From IMG/VR virus record IMGVR_UViG_3300021335_000017, positions 1 to 61,091 of that record: a stretch of 61,091 bases of DNA, one strand, 5' to 3'. A program made the translations under genes and the position numbers. The stretch is from a virus. Lineage: Duplodnaviria; Caudoviricetes. Position 1 is the first letter of the stretch, and each line of letters opens with the position of its first letter. The notes under the pieces were generated by a model that worked only from the letters and a program-made list of their open reading frames with translations, was not told the origin of the DNA and searched no databases. Below, in pieces: positions 1-8,506 of the stretch.

Positions 1-1527
1 AGTCTTAATTTAGTGGATGCGGTTGGCACTATCGATGGTGCTACCGACAAAATTGTTAGGGTAAAAATAAAACGTGTTGCCGGAGGTTCTGATTGGCAGG
101 GTTGGCTTAGATACTCACACTCAGGCGAGTCTAGGGTTTCGTTTAGTAACCAGACGACATACGTTCAGATTTCTGACCCTACAACTACAGATGAGTGGGT
201 AGTTGCTGAGTTTGACATGACTAATGCTCCCGGGTGGGACAATACTGTAGATGACTTGCGTTTTGACTTTGGTAATACTGGGGCTAGTGAGTTCCACATA
301 GAGTGGATAAAAATTGGCGCTACTAGTAAGACTTTAAGTGCAGCTATTCAGACTCAGCAATCTTCTATTGATGGGGTTGAGGCTAATTACACGGTTAAGA
401 TAGACAATAACGGATCTATTGCTGGTTTTGGTCTTGCGTCTACTACTAGTGATTCTGGGAACGTAACCAGTGATTTTATGGTAGCGGCAGATAAGTTTTC
501 ACTTATGCCGTCAACTGATAGCGCAATTGCAGATTGGGCAAACGCTACAGCCTACGTCGTCGGTGACCAAGTTAAGTCTAATGACAATTACTGGGTGTGT
601 ATACAAGCCCACACTTCTGCAAATGCTAAAAAACCTCACGTAGCTGGCGGAGCAGATTACTGGAACCAAACGGACAAAACACCTTTTTCGGTACTTACAT
701 CGGCTCAAACTGTAACTGTCGGTGATGAAACCGTGACAATTGACCCGGGTGTTTATATAGATGCTGCTTACATTAAAGATGCGGATATTACTGCAGCGAA
801 AATAGGGGAGATTAATGCCGACAGTATTACTTCAGGTACATTAGATGTCACTAATCGTATAAGTGCCTCTTCTATAGAGGCCAGCAAGATATTGCTTGAT
901 GGCACTACAATGACCTCTACAACAATTGTCGGAGGCGTTAATGACGGTTTGACTGCTCTTAAAGTAGGTGCAATTAGTGCTAATGCAATAACTTCAGGGA
1001 CTATAAACGCTGGCCGACTAAATCTGGGCTCTGGCGATGAGGCGATGCTTACTGCTGGGGGTACTGGCAATAATGTCGTTCAAATTAAGGATTTAGCAGT
1101 AGATACGCTTCAATTAGCTGACCAAGCAGTAACAATACCAACTGGTGCATACACAGCAGGACAATACGAATGGTCAGCAGCTGGTTATAAAGACCTGCAA
1201 ACAATAACATACTCGCAAACTGCTGTTCCTATTGCTCTATTTTGGTCTCTTACTTGTAAACTTAGCTCATGGGGCGATGATGATTTTGAAACTCCAGCAA
1301 CATTCCATGTACGAATATTAAGGAATAATGTGGAGCTGGTAACATATGATAATCTTTTTCCTACTTTCAGCACAGGCGGTATCACGAGAATGGCGGGCGC
1401 TACGAATATACATACCGGTAGTGCTGGAACAGTTACTTATAAGCTGCAAGCAAAAGGAACAGGTACATCATTCAGAAAAGCTAGAGTTACTTCTAGAAGT
1501 ATGGTTACAATGGAGTTAAAGAAATGA
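1..1527 (+). CDS. Tail fibre / host-specificity protein, 5'-truncated copy of 56507-59263
   Basis: Frame is open from base 1 and matches the C-terminal half of the 918-aa ORF. Contains a DUF1983-like motif YTVKIDNNGSIAGFGL...DFMVAADKF. Confidence 0.85.
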   Translation, partial: SLNLVDAVGTIDGATDKIVRVKIKRVAGGSDWQGWLRYSHSGESRVSFSNQTTYVQISDPTTTDEWVVAEFDMTNAPGWDNTVDDLRFDFGNTGASEFHIEWIKIGATSKTLSAAIQTQQSSIDGVEANYTVKIDNNGSIAGFGLASTTSDSGNVTSDFMVAADKFSLMPSTDSAIADWANATAYVVGDQVKSNDNYWVCIQAHTSANAKKPHVAGGADYWNQTDKTPFSVLTSAQTVTVGDETVTIDPGVYIDAAYIKDADITAAKIGEINADSITSGTLDVTNRISASSIEASKILLDGTTMTSTTIVGGVNDGLTALKVGAISANAITSGTINAGRLNLGSGDEAMLTAGGTGNNVVQIKDLAVDTLQLADQAVTIPTGAYTAGQYEWSAAGYKDLQTITYSQTAVPIALFWSLTCKLSSWGDDDFETPATFHVRILRNNVELVTYDNLFPTFSTGGITRMAGATNIHTGSAGTVTYKLQAKGTGTSFRKARVTSRSMVTMELKK

Positions 1528-1922
1528 TTAATTATATTGTTTATAACAATGAGGGCGAGATTCTTAGAACTGGCACTTGCAGTGCAAACGATATGCATTT
1601 GCAGGGTGGACCAGATGAACACGTTATGGAAGGTATCGCAAATGATGTTACGCAAAAAATATTTGATGGCAACATTGTCGATAAAAACGAGACACCGGCA
1701 CCAAGAGAACAACTACTTAGTGAGTGTATGGAGTCCTTAAGATTTTTGAGAAATAAGAGGTTAGCAAGTTCTGACTGGACACAAGTAGCTGATTCTCCTC
1801 TTACCGAGTCTAAAAAAGCTGAATGGGCTACTTATCGTCAAGCTTTACGAAACTTGCCTAGTCAACATTTAGAAACTACAGATATAGCATCTGTTGCATG
1901 GCCTTCTCGTCCTACTTCGTAA
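1524..1922 (+). CDS. Tail fibre assembly chaperone
   Basis: LRNKRLASSDWTQVADSPL...WATYRQALRNLP motif; ATGA overlap with the tail fibre gene. Confidence 0.85.
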   Translation: MINYIVYNNEGEILRTGTCSANDMHLQGGPDEHVMEGIANDVTQKIFDGNIVDKNETPAPREQLLSECMESLRFLRNKRLASSDWTQVADSPLTESKKAEWATYRQALRNLPSQHLETTDIASVAWPSRPTS

Positions 1923-1951
1923 AAAATAGCATACCGGTTATTAATATAAGT

Positions 1952-1968
1952 TATTAGTAATACTAATA
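1952..1968. promoter_or_regulatory. 17-bp palindromic operator
   Basis: TATTAG-taata-CTAATA, upstream of attP/int. Confidence 0.75.
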
Positions 1969-2096
1969 TTTTATTAATATAATATCGCCTTATCTAATGA
2001 GGCTCCCCAATGATTACTTATATGCTGGCGTTTGCTATCGCATCGCTATCTCTTATTGCTGTTGACGATTTAAAAATAAGTCGTAACTCACGATCC

Positions 2097-2338
2097 TGTG
2101 ACAACTGTGACACTGTCACAATGAAAAATAATGAGAAACAAAATATATCGAAATATCATGAACTTAGGAATTTCCTATCTCGTAGGGGAAAATAAACTAA
2201 ATAGAACTTAAGTAATTGATAATAAATAAATTATTTGATTTTAAGGGTTCGAATCCCTCCTTCACCGCCAATTCCTAGACCCCTTGAAATACAGGGGTTT
2301 CAAGTGCATGATACCCTCCTTGTCACACATATGTCACA
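2097..2338. other. attP region with arm-type repeats and an IHF site
   Basis: TGTGACA at 2097 and 2106; TGTCACA at 2114, 2321 and 2332. IHF consensus TATCAAttacTTA on the minus strand at 2209-2221. Flanks the tRNA-like core. Confidence 0.8.
2244..2270 (+). other. att core: 3' fragment (T-arm, acceptor 3' strand, CCA) of tRNA-Ser
   Basis: AGGGTTCGAATCCCTCCTTCACCGCCA resembles the 3' ends of gammaproteobacterial tRNA-Ser. No 5' half is present. Lies immediately upstream of the integrase. Confidence 0.85.
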
Positions 2339-2352
2339 CCTAGGAGGGTGCA

Positions 2353-3354
2353 ATGGCTACAATTAGAAAGCGTGGAAGTAAGTATCAAGCGCAGATACGC
2401 GTTAAAGGATACCCCCCACAGTCTAAATCTTTCGCTACACAAGCAGCTGCTAAAGCTTGGGCACGTCGTGTTGAGTCGAGCATGGACAACGGATCATGGA
2501 TCGATACCAGTGAATCACGGTCAGTGCTCATTGACCAGATGGTTGATGATTTAATACTAAGCTTTGAAAGGTTTGGTATTGAAGTACCTAAGACAAAGAT
2601 ATCCCCCCTAAAACAAATCGCACGCTTTTTTGAAGGCAAATCGATACATGACCTGACAGTTGATGAGGTTTTAGATTTTGCAGCTGAGAGGCGTAAAACG
2701 GTGTCTGCTAGTACACTTCAATCGCAAATGTACTATTTTAGACAGACAGTTAAAAATTCTAGGATAAAGTTACAAGAAGATGTTGTTGAGATAGCTATTG
2801 CAGAGCTTATTAGAAAGAAAATTATATTAGGCAGCGTGTGGCGAGACAGACGGCTTGAGCTTCATGAATACGTGCTTCTTATGAAAGCAGCTAAAAAGCA
2901 TTGGATACGGCACGCTATTGATATAGCAATAGAGTCTGGGATGAGACAGGGTGAAATTCATGCTTTAAAAATCTCAGATATAGATTTTAAAAAGGGAGTT
3001 ATTAAGGTTTTAAGAAAAGATCCTAAGTCTGAAGGAGGTAAAAAACTTTGCAAAATACCGCTGTTAAAGGGCGTGAGAGAGGCGATCCTACGTGCACAGA
3101 ATGATATTGGTGAAGGGGATAAGCTGTTTAGAGTAAAGAAAAGTGCGTCGATTTCTGACAAATTTGCGGAGCTTAGAAAGAAAGTTGGTATTACTAATTT
3201 AACCTTCCATGATTTGCGTCACGAAGCTATCTCGAGGATGTTTGAAAGAGGTATGTCTGTAGAACAGGTTAGGCTGGTCAGTGGACATTCTAGTCTTGAC
3301 CAGCTTTCCCGGTATACAAATCTTAAACCTGAAGATGTTGCTAAGAAGTACTAA
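2353..3354 (+). CDS. int: Tyrosine integrase
   Basis: SGMRQGE, FHDLRHEA and SGH...RY catalytic motifs; N-terminal arm-binding-like domain MATIRKRG..YQAQIR. Confidence 0.96.
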   Translation: MATIRKRGSKYQAQIRVKGYPPQSKSFATQAAAKAWARRVESSMDNGSWIDTSESRSVLIDQMVDDLILSFERFGIEVPKTKISPLKQIARFFEGKSIHDLTVDEVLDFAAERRKTVSASTLQSQMYYFRQTVKNSRIKLQEDVVEIAIAELIRKKIILGSVWRDRRLELHEYVLLMKAAKKHWIRHAIDIAIESGMRQGEIHALKISDIDFKKGVIKVLRKDPKSEGGKKLCKIPLLKGVREAILRAQNDIGEGDKLFRVKKSASISDKFAELRKKVGITNLTFHDLRHEAISRMFERGMSVEQVRLVSGHSSLDQLSRYTNLKPEDVAKKY

Positions 3355-3550
3355 GATTTGCTGTTAAATAGTTTGACACTTCTACAGTAGGGAACAGGTA
3401 TTTCTTACCGCGTTTGACATGTGCTATATCTAACTTGCCTAAGTATATTTGTTGGTAGAGAGACTCTTTTTTAAGCTTGAATAAACTGGCTAACTCTCCT
3501 AAATCCATAAATGGACCATATTTATCCATTAGCATCTGTTGCATTTCCAT
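3341..3550 (-). CDS. Excisionase-like HTH protein
   Basis: 69 aa, FMDLGELASLF...KRGKKYLF winged-helix pattern; convergent with int. Confidence 0.75.
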   Translation of the reverse strand: MEMQQMLMDKYGPFMDLGELASLFKLKKESLYQQIYLGKLDIAHVKRGKKYLFPTVEVSNYLTANLSTS

Positions 3551-3660
3551 TATTCATCCTTCTTATTGCGTTTATATTTATCGTCATTTCCTGCCCTTAC
3601 TTATTATTATTATTATTACTATGTAATTAATACTAAATAATTAGTACTTGAATATTATAT

Positions 3661-3677
3661 TATTAGCAATAGTAATA
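3661..3677. promoter_or_regulatory. Degenerate operator (1 mismatch) upstream of the xis-like gene
   Basis: TATTAG-caata-GTAATA in a very AT-rich intergenic region. Confidence 0.45.
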
Positions 3678-3713
3678 ATACTATAATACTAAAGTATTAG
3701 ATAGAAAAATTAT

Positions 3714-4292
3714 TTAAATATAAATAAATGCAACTACCGCCCAAAGCTTCTGTATATCTGACGTTGGCGGAACGTCCTTTTTTAGGTAAAAACGTAACTT
3801 CTTTTCCTTTTTTAGTCTTGCCGCTAATATTTTTGCGCTAGGGTATTTATCTACAGCACATATTTGAGCTACTCCAGTAAGACCAGCAGTTGTTACTGGC
3901 TCTCTGTTTATTTCTTCACATCCTTCTATTTGCGCAGTGTTAGAAAGCTTTACATAAGTTGTAACGTCATTTTTTCTAGAATAGAAATGCTCTTCTAACG
4001 GCCGTGTCATATCGTCAGAATTATAACTAAGCGTTAATCTACTGACGTGTGGCAAGTTATGTTCTATTTCTGGGTCTATTTCTATCGGATCTACATCTAG
4101 AAAATTTGCAAATTTAACAATAGCCGCAGGGTTAAGGTCGGTTAAGTTATTAAGATAATGACTGATTGCGCTTTGCGTCCAGTCCATATCTTTTGCTGCT
4201 TCTACTTGTGTAAATTGCATTTCAATTTTTTTCTGTTGCCAGATGTTTCTTAGATTCCGTACTGCTACTGGCAAAGTCTCTGACTTGCTCAT
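3714..4292 (-). CDS. Lambda CI-like XRE repressor
   Basis: LRNIWQQKKIEMQFTQVEAAKDMDWTQSAISHYLN resembles the lambda CI N-domain. Start at ATG 4292 with a GAAGGGA RBS. Confidence 0.8.
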   Translation of the reverse strand: MSKSETLPVAVRNLRNIWQQKKIEMQFTQVEAAKDMDWTQSAISHYLNNLTDLNPAAIVKFANFLDVDPIEIDPEIEHNLPHVSRLTLSYNSDDMTRPLEEHFYSRKNDVTTYVKLSNTAQIEGCEEINREPVTTAGLTGVAQICAVDKYPSAKILAARLKKEKKLRFYLKKDVPPTSDIQKLWAVVAFIYI

Positions 4293-4686
4293 AAGTTGTC
4301 CCTTCATGGGTTTGTTGATATATCCAGTTAGCCACCTCATTCCGAGGGACACATAGTTCAAGATACTTCATTTTACTTATATTAGCAGAAAAGTCATCAA
4401 CTATTATTAGTGCAAAGTCTTCGATTCCTAATATTAATGCTACTTTAGTACTGTGCTTCATCCGCTCAAGCCAGTCTATTTGTAGCTTCGAAAGGGAGTG
4501 TCGAATTATAGTACTGTCACGTTTTGGTAGTTGCTTTACATATTTGTACTCGACAAAAAGCACGCCGGACGGGCCAGCGTACATGGCATCGGGTACCCCT
4601 CCTGTGTATGTATCGTGAATTTTCCACTTATATACATCAGGTGAAAGTTTGCGATGGATAGCTTTTACAAAACTATGTTCATTCAT
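4222..4686 (-). CDS. VRR-NUC-like PD-(D/E)XK nuclease
   Basis: GVPD...LFVEYK...LSKLQIDWL motif. Confidence 0.75.
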   Translation of the reverse strand: MNEHSFVKAIHRKLSPDVYKWKIHDTYTGGVPDAMYAGPSGVLFVEYKYVKQLPKRDSTIIRHSLSKLQIDWLERMKHSTKVALILGIEDFALIIVDDFSANISKMKYLELCVPRNEVANWIYQQTHEGTTYEQVRDFASSSTESKKHLATEKN

Positions 4687-4695
4687 AAACTTTAG

Positions 4696-4767
4696 TGATC
4701 CGTTTTGGCTCTTGGTGGATCAGCCCAAGCTCTTTTCTACAAGCCTTTCTGTATAGGAGAACAGAAA
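4696..4767 (-). ncRNA. Putative pseudoknotted cis-RNA element A
   Basis: GGCU/AGCC and CUUGG/CCAAG stems; loop UGAUCC pairs with downstream GGAUCA. Same architecture as 14671-14751. Confidence 0.55.
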
Positions 4768-5433
4768 TTATTTAGAGTGCTGCTCGTATAAAGTCTCAGC
4801 TTTCTTGTAATCATCTTCTTGAGCCCAGCCTTCGAACTCAACATCTAGATTCATGAAAGCATTACCCATACGGTTTTCGACAGCTACTGATTTGATCTTC
4901 CATAGACCAGCAAAACGATCACCACCTTTCAGTGCGATTTGCGAGTTCCAGTTTCTGGAGATACGTAGTTTAGATGAAGCAAAATCCATAACGATTGGCG
5001 TTTCATCTAGCTCACCTGTTTTAGGGTCTTTCAACAATAAAAGGTGAGTGTGTGTTTCGGTGATAGTGTAATCAGCCGGTTTTTCTTGCGCGTTGATAGC
5101 TTCTTGTGCTTCAGCATGAGAACTGTAAGCACCAAGTAAGCCGCCGCCAGCTTCGCGGTTGCGCCATACAACATGCTCAGTTTTGAATGTAATGCTTAGT
5201 GCATACATTTCGTCACCGTAATTTTCACCAGTCAACGTGTTAAGGAAGTTGCCAACTTCGGCACCCTTAACATAGTTAGCGTGATGCTTATCTACTTCGT
5301 CAGACATTTTCTGAAGTAGTTTTACACGAGGTATGGTTAGTTGTTGCCCTACGTTTTCGTTGCCACGGCCTGCTGTGGCTTTGACATATGCAGGGATTTT
5401 GTCTTCTTGGATTGCTAACGCTGTGCTACTCAT
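4768..5433 (-). CDS. Putative ssDNA-binding/annealing protein
   Basis: 221 aa in the replication module; LTIPRVKLLQKMS motif recalled from phage SSB-like proteins. Confidence 0.5.
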   Translation of the reverse strand: MSSTALAIQEDKIPAYVKATAGRGNENVGQQLTIPRVKLLQKMSDEVDKHHANYVKGAEVGNFLNTLTGENYGDEMYALSITFKTEHVVWRNREAGGGLLGAYSSHAEAQEAINAQEKPADYTITETHTHLLLLKDPKTGELDETPIVMDFASSKLRISRNWNSQIALKGGDRFAGLWKIKSVAVENRMGNAFMNLDVEFEGWAQEDDYKKAETLYEQHSK

Positions 5434-5461
5434 AGTTCATAGTTCCTTGTTCATTGGTAAT

Positions 5462-5839
5462 TTAAAGTTTTCTAAAATTGACGCGTCGTACTGTGCGTGG
5501 TTGTAATCCCGGTACTCCGTCACCTAATTTCAGTAGTTCCTTGTATGCTGTACTGCTGACTCGTCTTTGTATAAGACTGAAATCCTGAGTCTCTGTAACA
5601 TACTGATACAGCTGGTCCCAGTCAGTGACTTCGGGAACAGTGTCTTCGTTGATGGACACAGATGCTTTATCGTTTGCAGTTCGTGATAAACCTTCTGCAT
5701 CCATCTTCTTAAGAAGCAAAACATCCAGCTCATCTTGCTGTTGTCTTAGCTCTTTAAGTTCTCTATTAAGCGCGTCCATACTGTCTTTAGTTTGTGCACG
5801 TGCTTCTATTAACTGGGTTACTGTTGCTGATTCATTCAT
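5462..5839 (-). CDS. Conserved phage protein (N-terminal coiled coil)
   Basis: VTDWDQLYQYV...LIQRRVS...VPGL motif; ATGA coupling to the helicase gene. Confidence 0.7.
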   Translation of the reverse strand: MNESATVTQLIEARAQTKDSMDALNRELKELRQQQDELDVLLLKKMDAEGLSRTANDKASVSINEDTVPEVTDWDQLYQYVTETQDFSLIQRRVSSTAYKELLKLGDGVPGLQPRTVRRVNFRKL

Positions 5840-7188
5840 GATGCTAATTTCCTATTTACATGTAGTTTGTTAAGTATTCCTAATAAGTCTTCCATCTTTT
5901 CAAGCTTGCCAGCTAGCTTTTCGTAGACGTCTGTTTCCCACGTATCTTTTGCAGCAATTTGAATAATTTCTGTTTTTTGAGTTTGCCCAGCTCTATATAT
6001 GCGACGGTTAAACTGTTGATAGTGCTCGGCATTGTATGTAGGTGACGCCCAGATAATCGTGTTAGCTTTAGTCATGGTTAACCCATGACCCGCAGATTGT
6101 GGATGTGCAAACACAACTTGCAGCTGGCCCGCTTGCATGCGATCAACTATTTCTTTTCGTTTTGATGCTGCGACTGAACCGTCAATAACAGCGTATGAAA
6201 TGCCAAGTTTTTCTGCTTTTTGTACTAACGCATCTTTTTCGTGTCGCCAATTGAAGGCAACTAACGACTGTTTGCGTTCTTCTACAAGCTGCATAACTAA
6301 GTCGTAACGTTCATCATGAATAGTTACTGCTTGACCGTCCTCGTTGTACACAGCGCCCGTACAAAGTTGCAGCAGCTTCTTTACCCGGGCACCAGCGTGT
6401 ACTGCATTGATAGTTCCGTTAGTTGTATATAAAACCGAGTCGTCTGTTAGTGCTTCGTATTGATGGCGAATCTTTTTAGGTAACTGTACATACATAGTTC
6501 GTATTGTTTGTTCAGGCATATCAATACAATTTTCTAGCTCGTAACGAATATTAATATCAGACAAAGCTGCAGCAACAATTTCCTGGGCGTCTGGTTTGTC
6601 GCACCACTCATTAGCAAAGCCATTGAACCGTGATGTGCAAACACTTGAACGGAAAGAGTAAAACCTGTGCCCGAGCCGTTGTCCGCCGTCAACGATTAAC
6701 GTTGGATGCCAGATGTCTAATATAGTGTTTGAGTTGGGTGTGCCAGACATGGCGATACGGTGAGTAAACGCTTCTGCAATTTTTAGGCAGGCTTTACTAC
6801 GTTGGCTGTCTTTGTTTTTGAATGCTGTAAATTCATCAATGACTAAAGTGTCAAAACCGCAGAGCACATGATAATTCTTTTTAATCCACTTAACTGCGTC
6901 ATGGTTAGTTATGACAATGTCTTCTGTACCTAAGAATGCTTTTTCTCTGTTCTTAGAGTAGGCAACAGCATAAGTTAAGCTGGGCTGAAACTTTTCGATG
7001 TCATCGCCCCATGAAGCTTCCAATATAGAGAGAGGCGCAAGTACAAGCATACGGCCTGTGTTTCTTTGTGCATATGCGTCAAGAACACTTCGGGTCTTAC
7101 CTGTACCCGGATCAGAGGTTATTAGAACGTGTTTGTTATTGACAATAAAGTCAGAGGTGACTTTTTGATGTTCGAATGCTTCTTGCAT
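5836..7188 (-). CDS. SNF2-like SF2 helicase
   Basis: DPGTGKT, VIDE, MSGTP, HGLTM and QFNRRIYRAGQ motifs. Confidence 0.92.
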   Translation of the reverse strand: MQEAFEHQKVTSDFIVNNKHVLITSDPGTGKTRSVLDAYAQRNTGRMLVLAPLSILEASWGDDIEKFQPSLTYAVAYSKNREKAFLGTEDIVITNHDAVKWIKKNYHVLCGFDTLVIDEFTAFKNKDSQRSKACLKIAEAFTHRIAMSGTPNSNTILDIWHPTLIVDGGQRLGHRFYSFRSSVCTSRFNGFANEWCDKPDAQEIVAAALSDINIRYELENCIDMPEQTIRTMYVQLPKKIRHQYEALTDDSVLYTTNGTINAVHAGARVKKLLQLCTGAVYNEDGQAVTIHDERYDLVMQLVEERKQSLVAFNWRHEKDALVQKAEKLGISYAVIDGSVAASKRKEIVDRMQAGQLQVVFAHPQSAGHGLTMTKANTIIWASPTYNAEHYQQFNRRIYRAGQTQKTEIIQIAAKDTWETDVYEKLAGKLEKMEDLLGILNKLHVNRKLAS

Positions 7189-7249
7189 ATAGTTATACTC
7201 TTCATGTTTTATCTATTCATTGTTCATTTTTAATCTGTTTAGTTATAAA

Positions 7250-7266
7250 TATTAGCACAGCTAATA
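7250..7266 (-). promoter_or_regulatory. Operator embedded in a sigma70-like promoter
   Basis: TATTAG-cacag-CTAATA; minus-strand TGGACT-17-TAATAT. Confidence 0.8.
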
Positions 7267-7277
7267 TAAAAAGTCCA

Positions 7278-7451
7278 TCAAATGCGCGTTCTCTTACCAC
7301 AAAGCCTACAGTCTTCAGGCCAATGGTTTATTTTTATTTCTATTGGGCATTTGCAATAGTGCAATTTAGAATCGCTTTCAAACTTGTACGAGCCACCAGT
7401 TTTTACTTTCTCTGGCGTTAGCTGCAGTTTATCCCTTTCAGTCATTATCAT
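7278..7451 (-). CDS. Small Cys-containing hypothetical protein
   Basis: CKC...CRLC; fills the gap between two operators. Confidence 0.4.
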   Translation of the reverse strand: MIMTERDKLQLTPEKVKTGGSYKFESDSKLHYCKCPIEIKINHWPEDCRLCGKRTRI

Positions 7452-7467
7452 ATTAGCCCCACTAATA
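7451..7467. promoter_or_regulatory. 17-bp palindromic operator
   Basis: TATTAG-cccca-CTAATA, directly after the stop of 7468-8169. Confidence 0.8.
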
Positions 7468-8169
7468 TTAGTGTTCGACAAAAATGACTGGTCTCTGGCT
7501 AGTCCAACAGTATCCACATGTAGTACAGCTTTTTGTACGACCAGTCTGCTCAGGGCAAATTATACCATCATATTTGTCTGCGTCTTGATATGCTAAGTCA
7601 GCATCTGGTGTTACATGTGCACTAAATTGTGTGCTTGCGTCGTCTGAAAATCTTATAGCCCAACGGTCTTTGTATACACGGTTAATGGTCTTTATCATCG
7701 AACCAATGTCCGATGTCCGTTCCCAATGTGTATAGCCAAACACTCGTAGCGCAGGGTATTTGTGTAACCAGTACTGCCACTTGACTACATAGTGCGTACT
7801 GAAGAAATCCCCAAGGACGTGCAGTCTTACGACAAAACCATCGGGGTGTTTTTCGTTAAGTTGTTCGAGTTCGCTTTCGAGCTTCGTGTAGAAGTCAGGA
7901 TGCGTATGGTCGAAACGGTGGCCAAAAGGCATATTGTTGCCATAACAGGTCTCCCATTGTTTACAGGTAGAAGGGCATGTTGCTCGCTCTTCAAGGGTTA
8001 ATGAATACATTGTCATAGACTTCCATTTCTTAGTCTGTACTTTGTCTCCTAGCTTTTTATTTAACTTTCCTCGTTTCAGCATGGTTGCGAATGACGGTGC
8101 CCGAACGTTTTTTAGATACTTTGTTCTTCCTACTGTTATCGCATTTTTCAGTGCTGGTGATGTCATCAA
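7468..8169 (-). CDS. GP88-like Cys-rich (radical-SAM-like) protein
   Basis: TCPSTCKQWETCY, RLHVLGDF, FGYT and C-terminal CP...SCTTCGYCW motifs. Confidence 0.65.
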   Translation of the reverse strand: MMTSPALKNAITVGRTKYLKNVRAPSFATMLKRGKLNKKLGDKVQTKKWKSMTMYSLTLEERATCPSTCKQWETCYGNNMPFGHRFDHTHPDFYTKLESELEQLNEKHPDGFVVRLHVLGDFFSTHYVVKWQYWLHKYPALRVFGYTHWERTSDIGSMIKTINRVYKDRWAIRFSDDASTQFSAHVTPDADLAYQDADKYDGIICPEQTGRTKSCTTCGYCWTSQRPVIFVEH

Positions 8170-8332
8170 GTATCTCCTTACGCAGCAATGCTGCAGTGCT
8201 CCTATTTGTTTTCATTTCTACTTTAATGTCGCTTTTCTTTAGGCGGTACGTCGTCCAGTACTGTGCCTCTGCCGGATCTGTCGTCAGGCTGTACTGGATT
8301 TGTTTGCCGTCTTTCATGTAGATCATCTTCAT
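8057..8332 (-). CDS. Hypothetical protein
   Basis: Sense-strand ORF within the operon. Confidence 0.5.
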   Translation of the reverse strand: MKMIYMKDGKQIQYSLTTDPAEAQYWTTYRLKKSDIKVEMKTNRSTAALLRKEILDDITSTEKCDNSRKNKVSKKRSGTVIRNHAETRKVK

Positions 8333-8414
8333 CGTCGTTATCCTTTTCCCGCATGGTTTTAAGCCACATAATAATTTCGATAGCTGTCCACACTTTGAGT
8401 AAGAAATTAATCAT
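8223..8414 (-). CDS. Small hypothetical protein (hydrophobic N-terminus)
   Basis: AAGGA RBS before the ATG; follows a terminator. Confidence 0.4.
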   Translation of the reverse strand: MINFLLKVWTAIEIIMWLKTMREKDNDDEDDLHERRQTNPVQPDDRSGRGTVLDDVPPKEKRH

Positions 8415-8431
8415 TGTTTTTCCTTGGTTAT

Positions 8432-8467
8432 AAAAAAGCCCCTAACTGATGGTGGTCAGTTAGGGGC
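8432..8467 (-). terminator. Rho-independent terminator
   Basis: GCCCCTAACTGA-ccacca-TCAGTTAGGGGC followed by T6 on the minus strand. Confidence 0.85.
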
Positions 8468-8506
8468 AGCTGCTACACGTCACTTGAGGTGACTACTAGG
8501 GGAAAA

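Larger units (their letters stand above)
1..3355. repeat. Terminal direct repeat, copy 1
   Basis: Matches 57737-61091 (offset 57,736), apart from SNP clusters at about 120-393 and about 2907-3318. Confidence 0.97.

Noticed and set aside
118-393. Diversity-generating retroelement (TR/VR pair) explaining the tail-fibre variants
   Set aside because: Substitutions are not adenine-specific and many are synonymous, no reverse transcriptase is encoded, and the two copies are simply the terminal repeat.
2010-2195. 61-aa ORF upstream of the att core
   Set aside because: It runs through the arm-type repeats of attP and has no recognisable motif. It cannot be excluded, but is unsupported.
2200-2270. 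Intact tRNA gene
   Set aside because: Only the T-arm and 3' acceptor strand are present; the upstream sequence is AT-rich with no D or anticodon arm.
3600-3620. (TTA)n tract as a phase-variation switch
   Set aside because: Short tract in very AT-rich intergenic DNA with no evidence of length variation.
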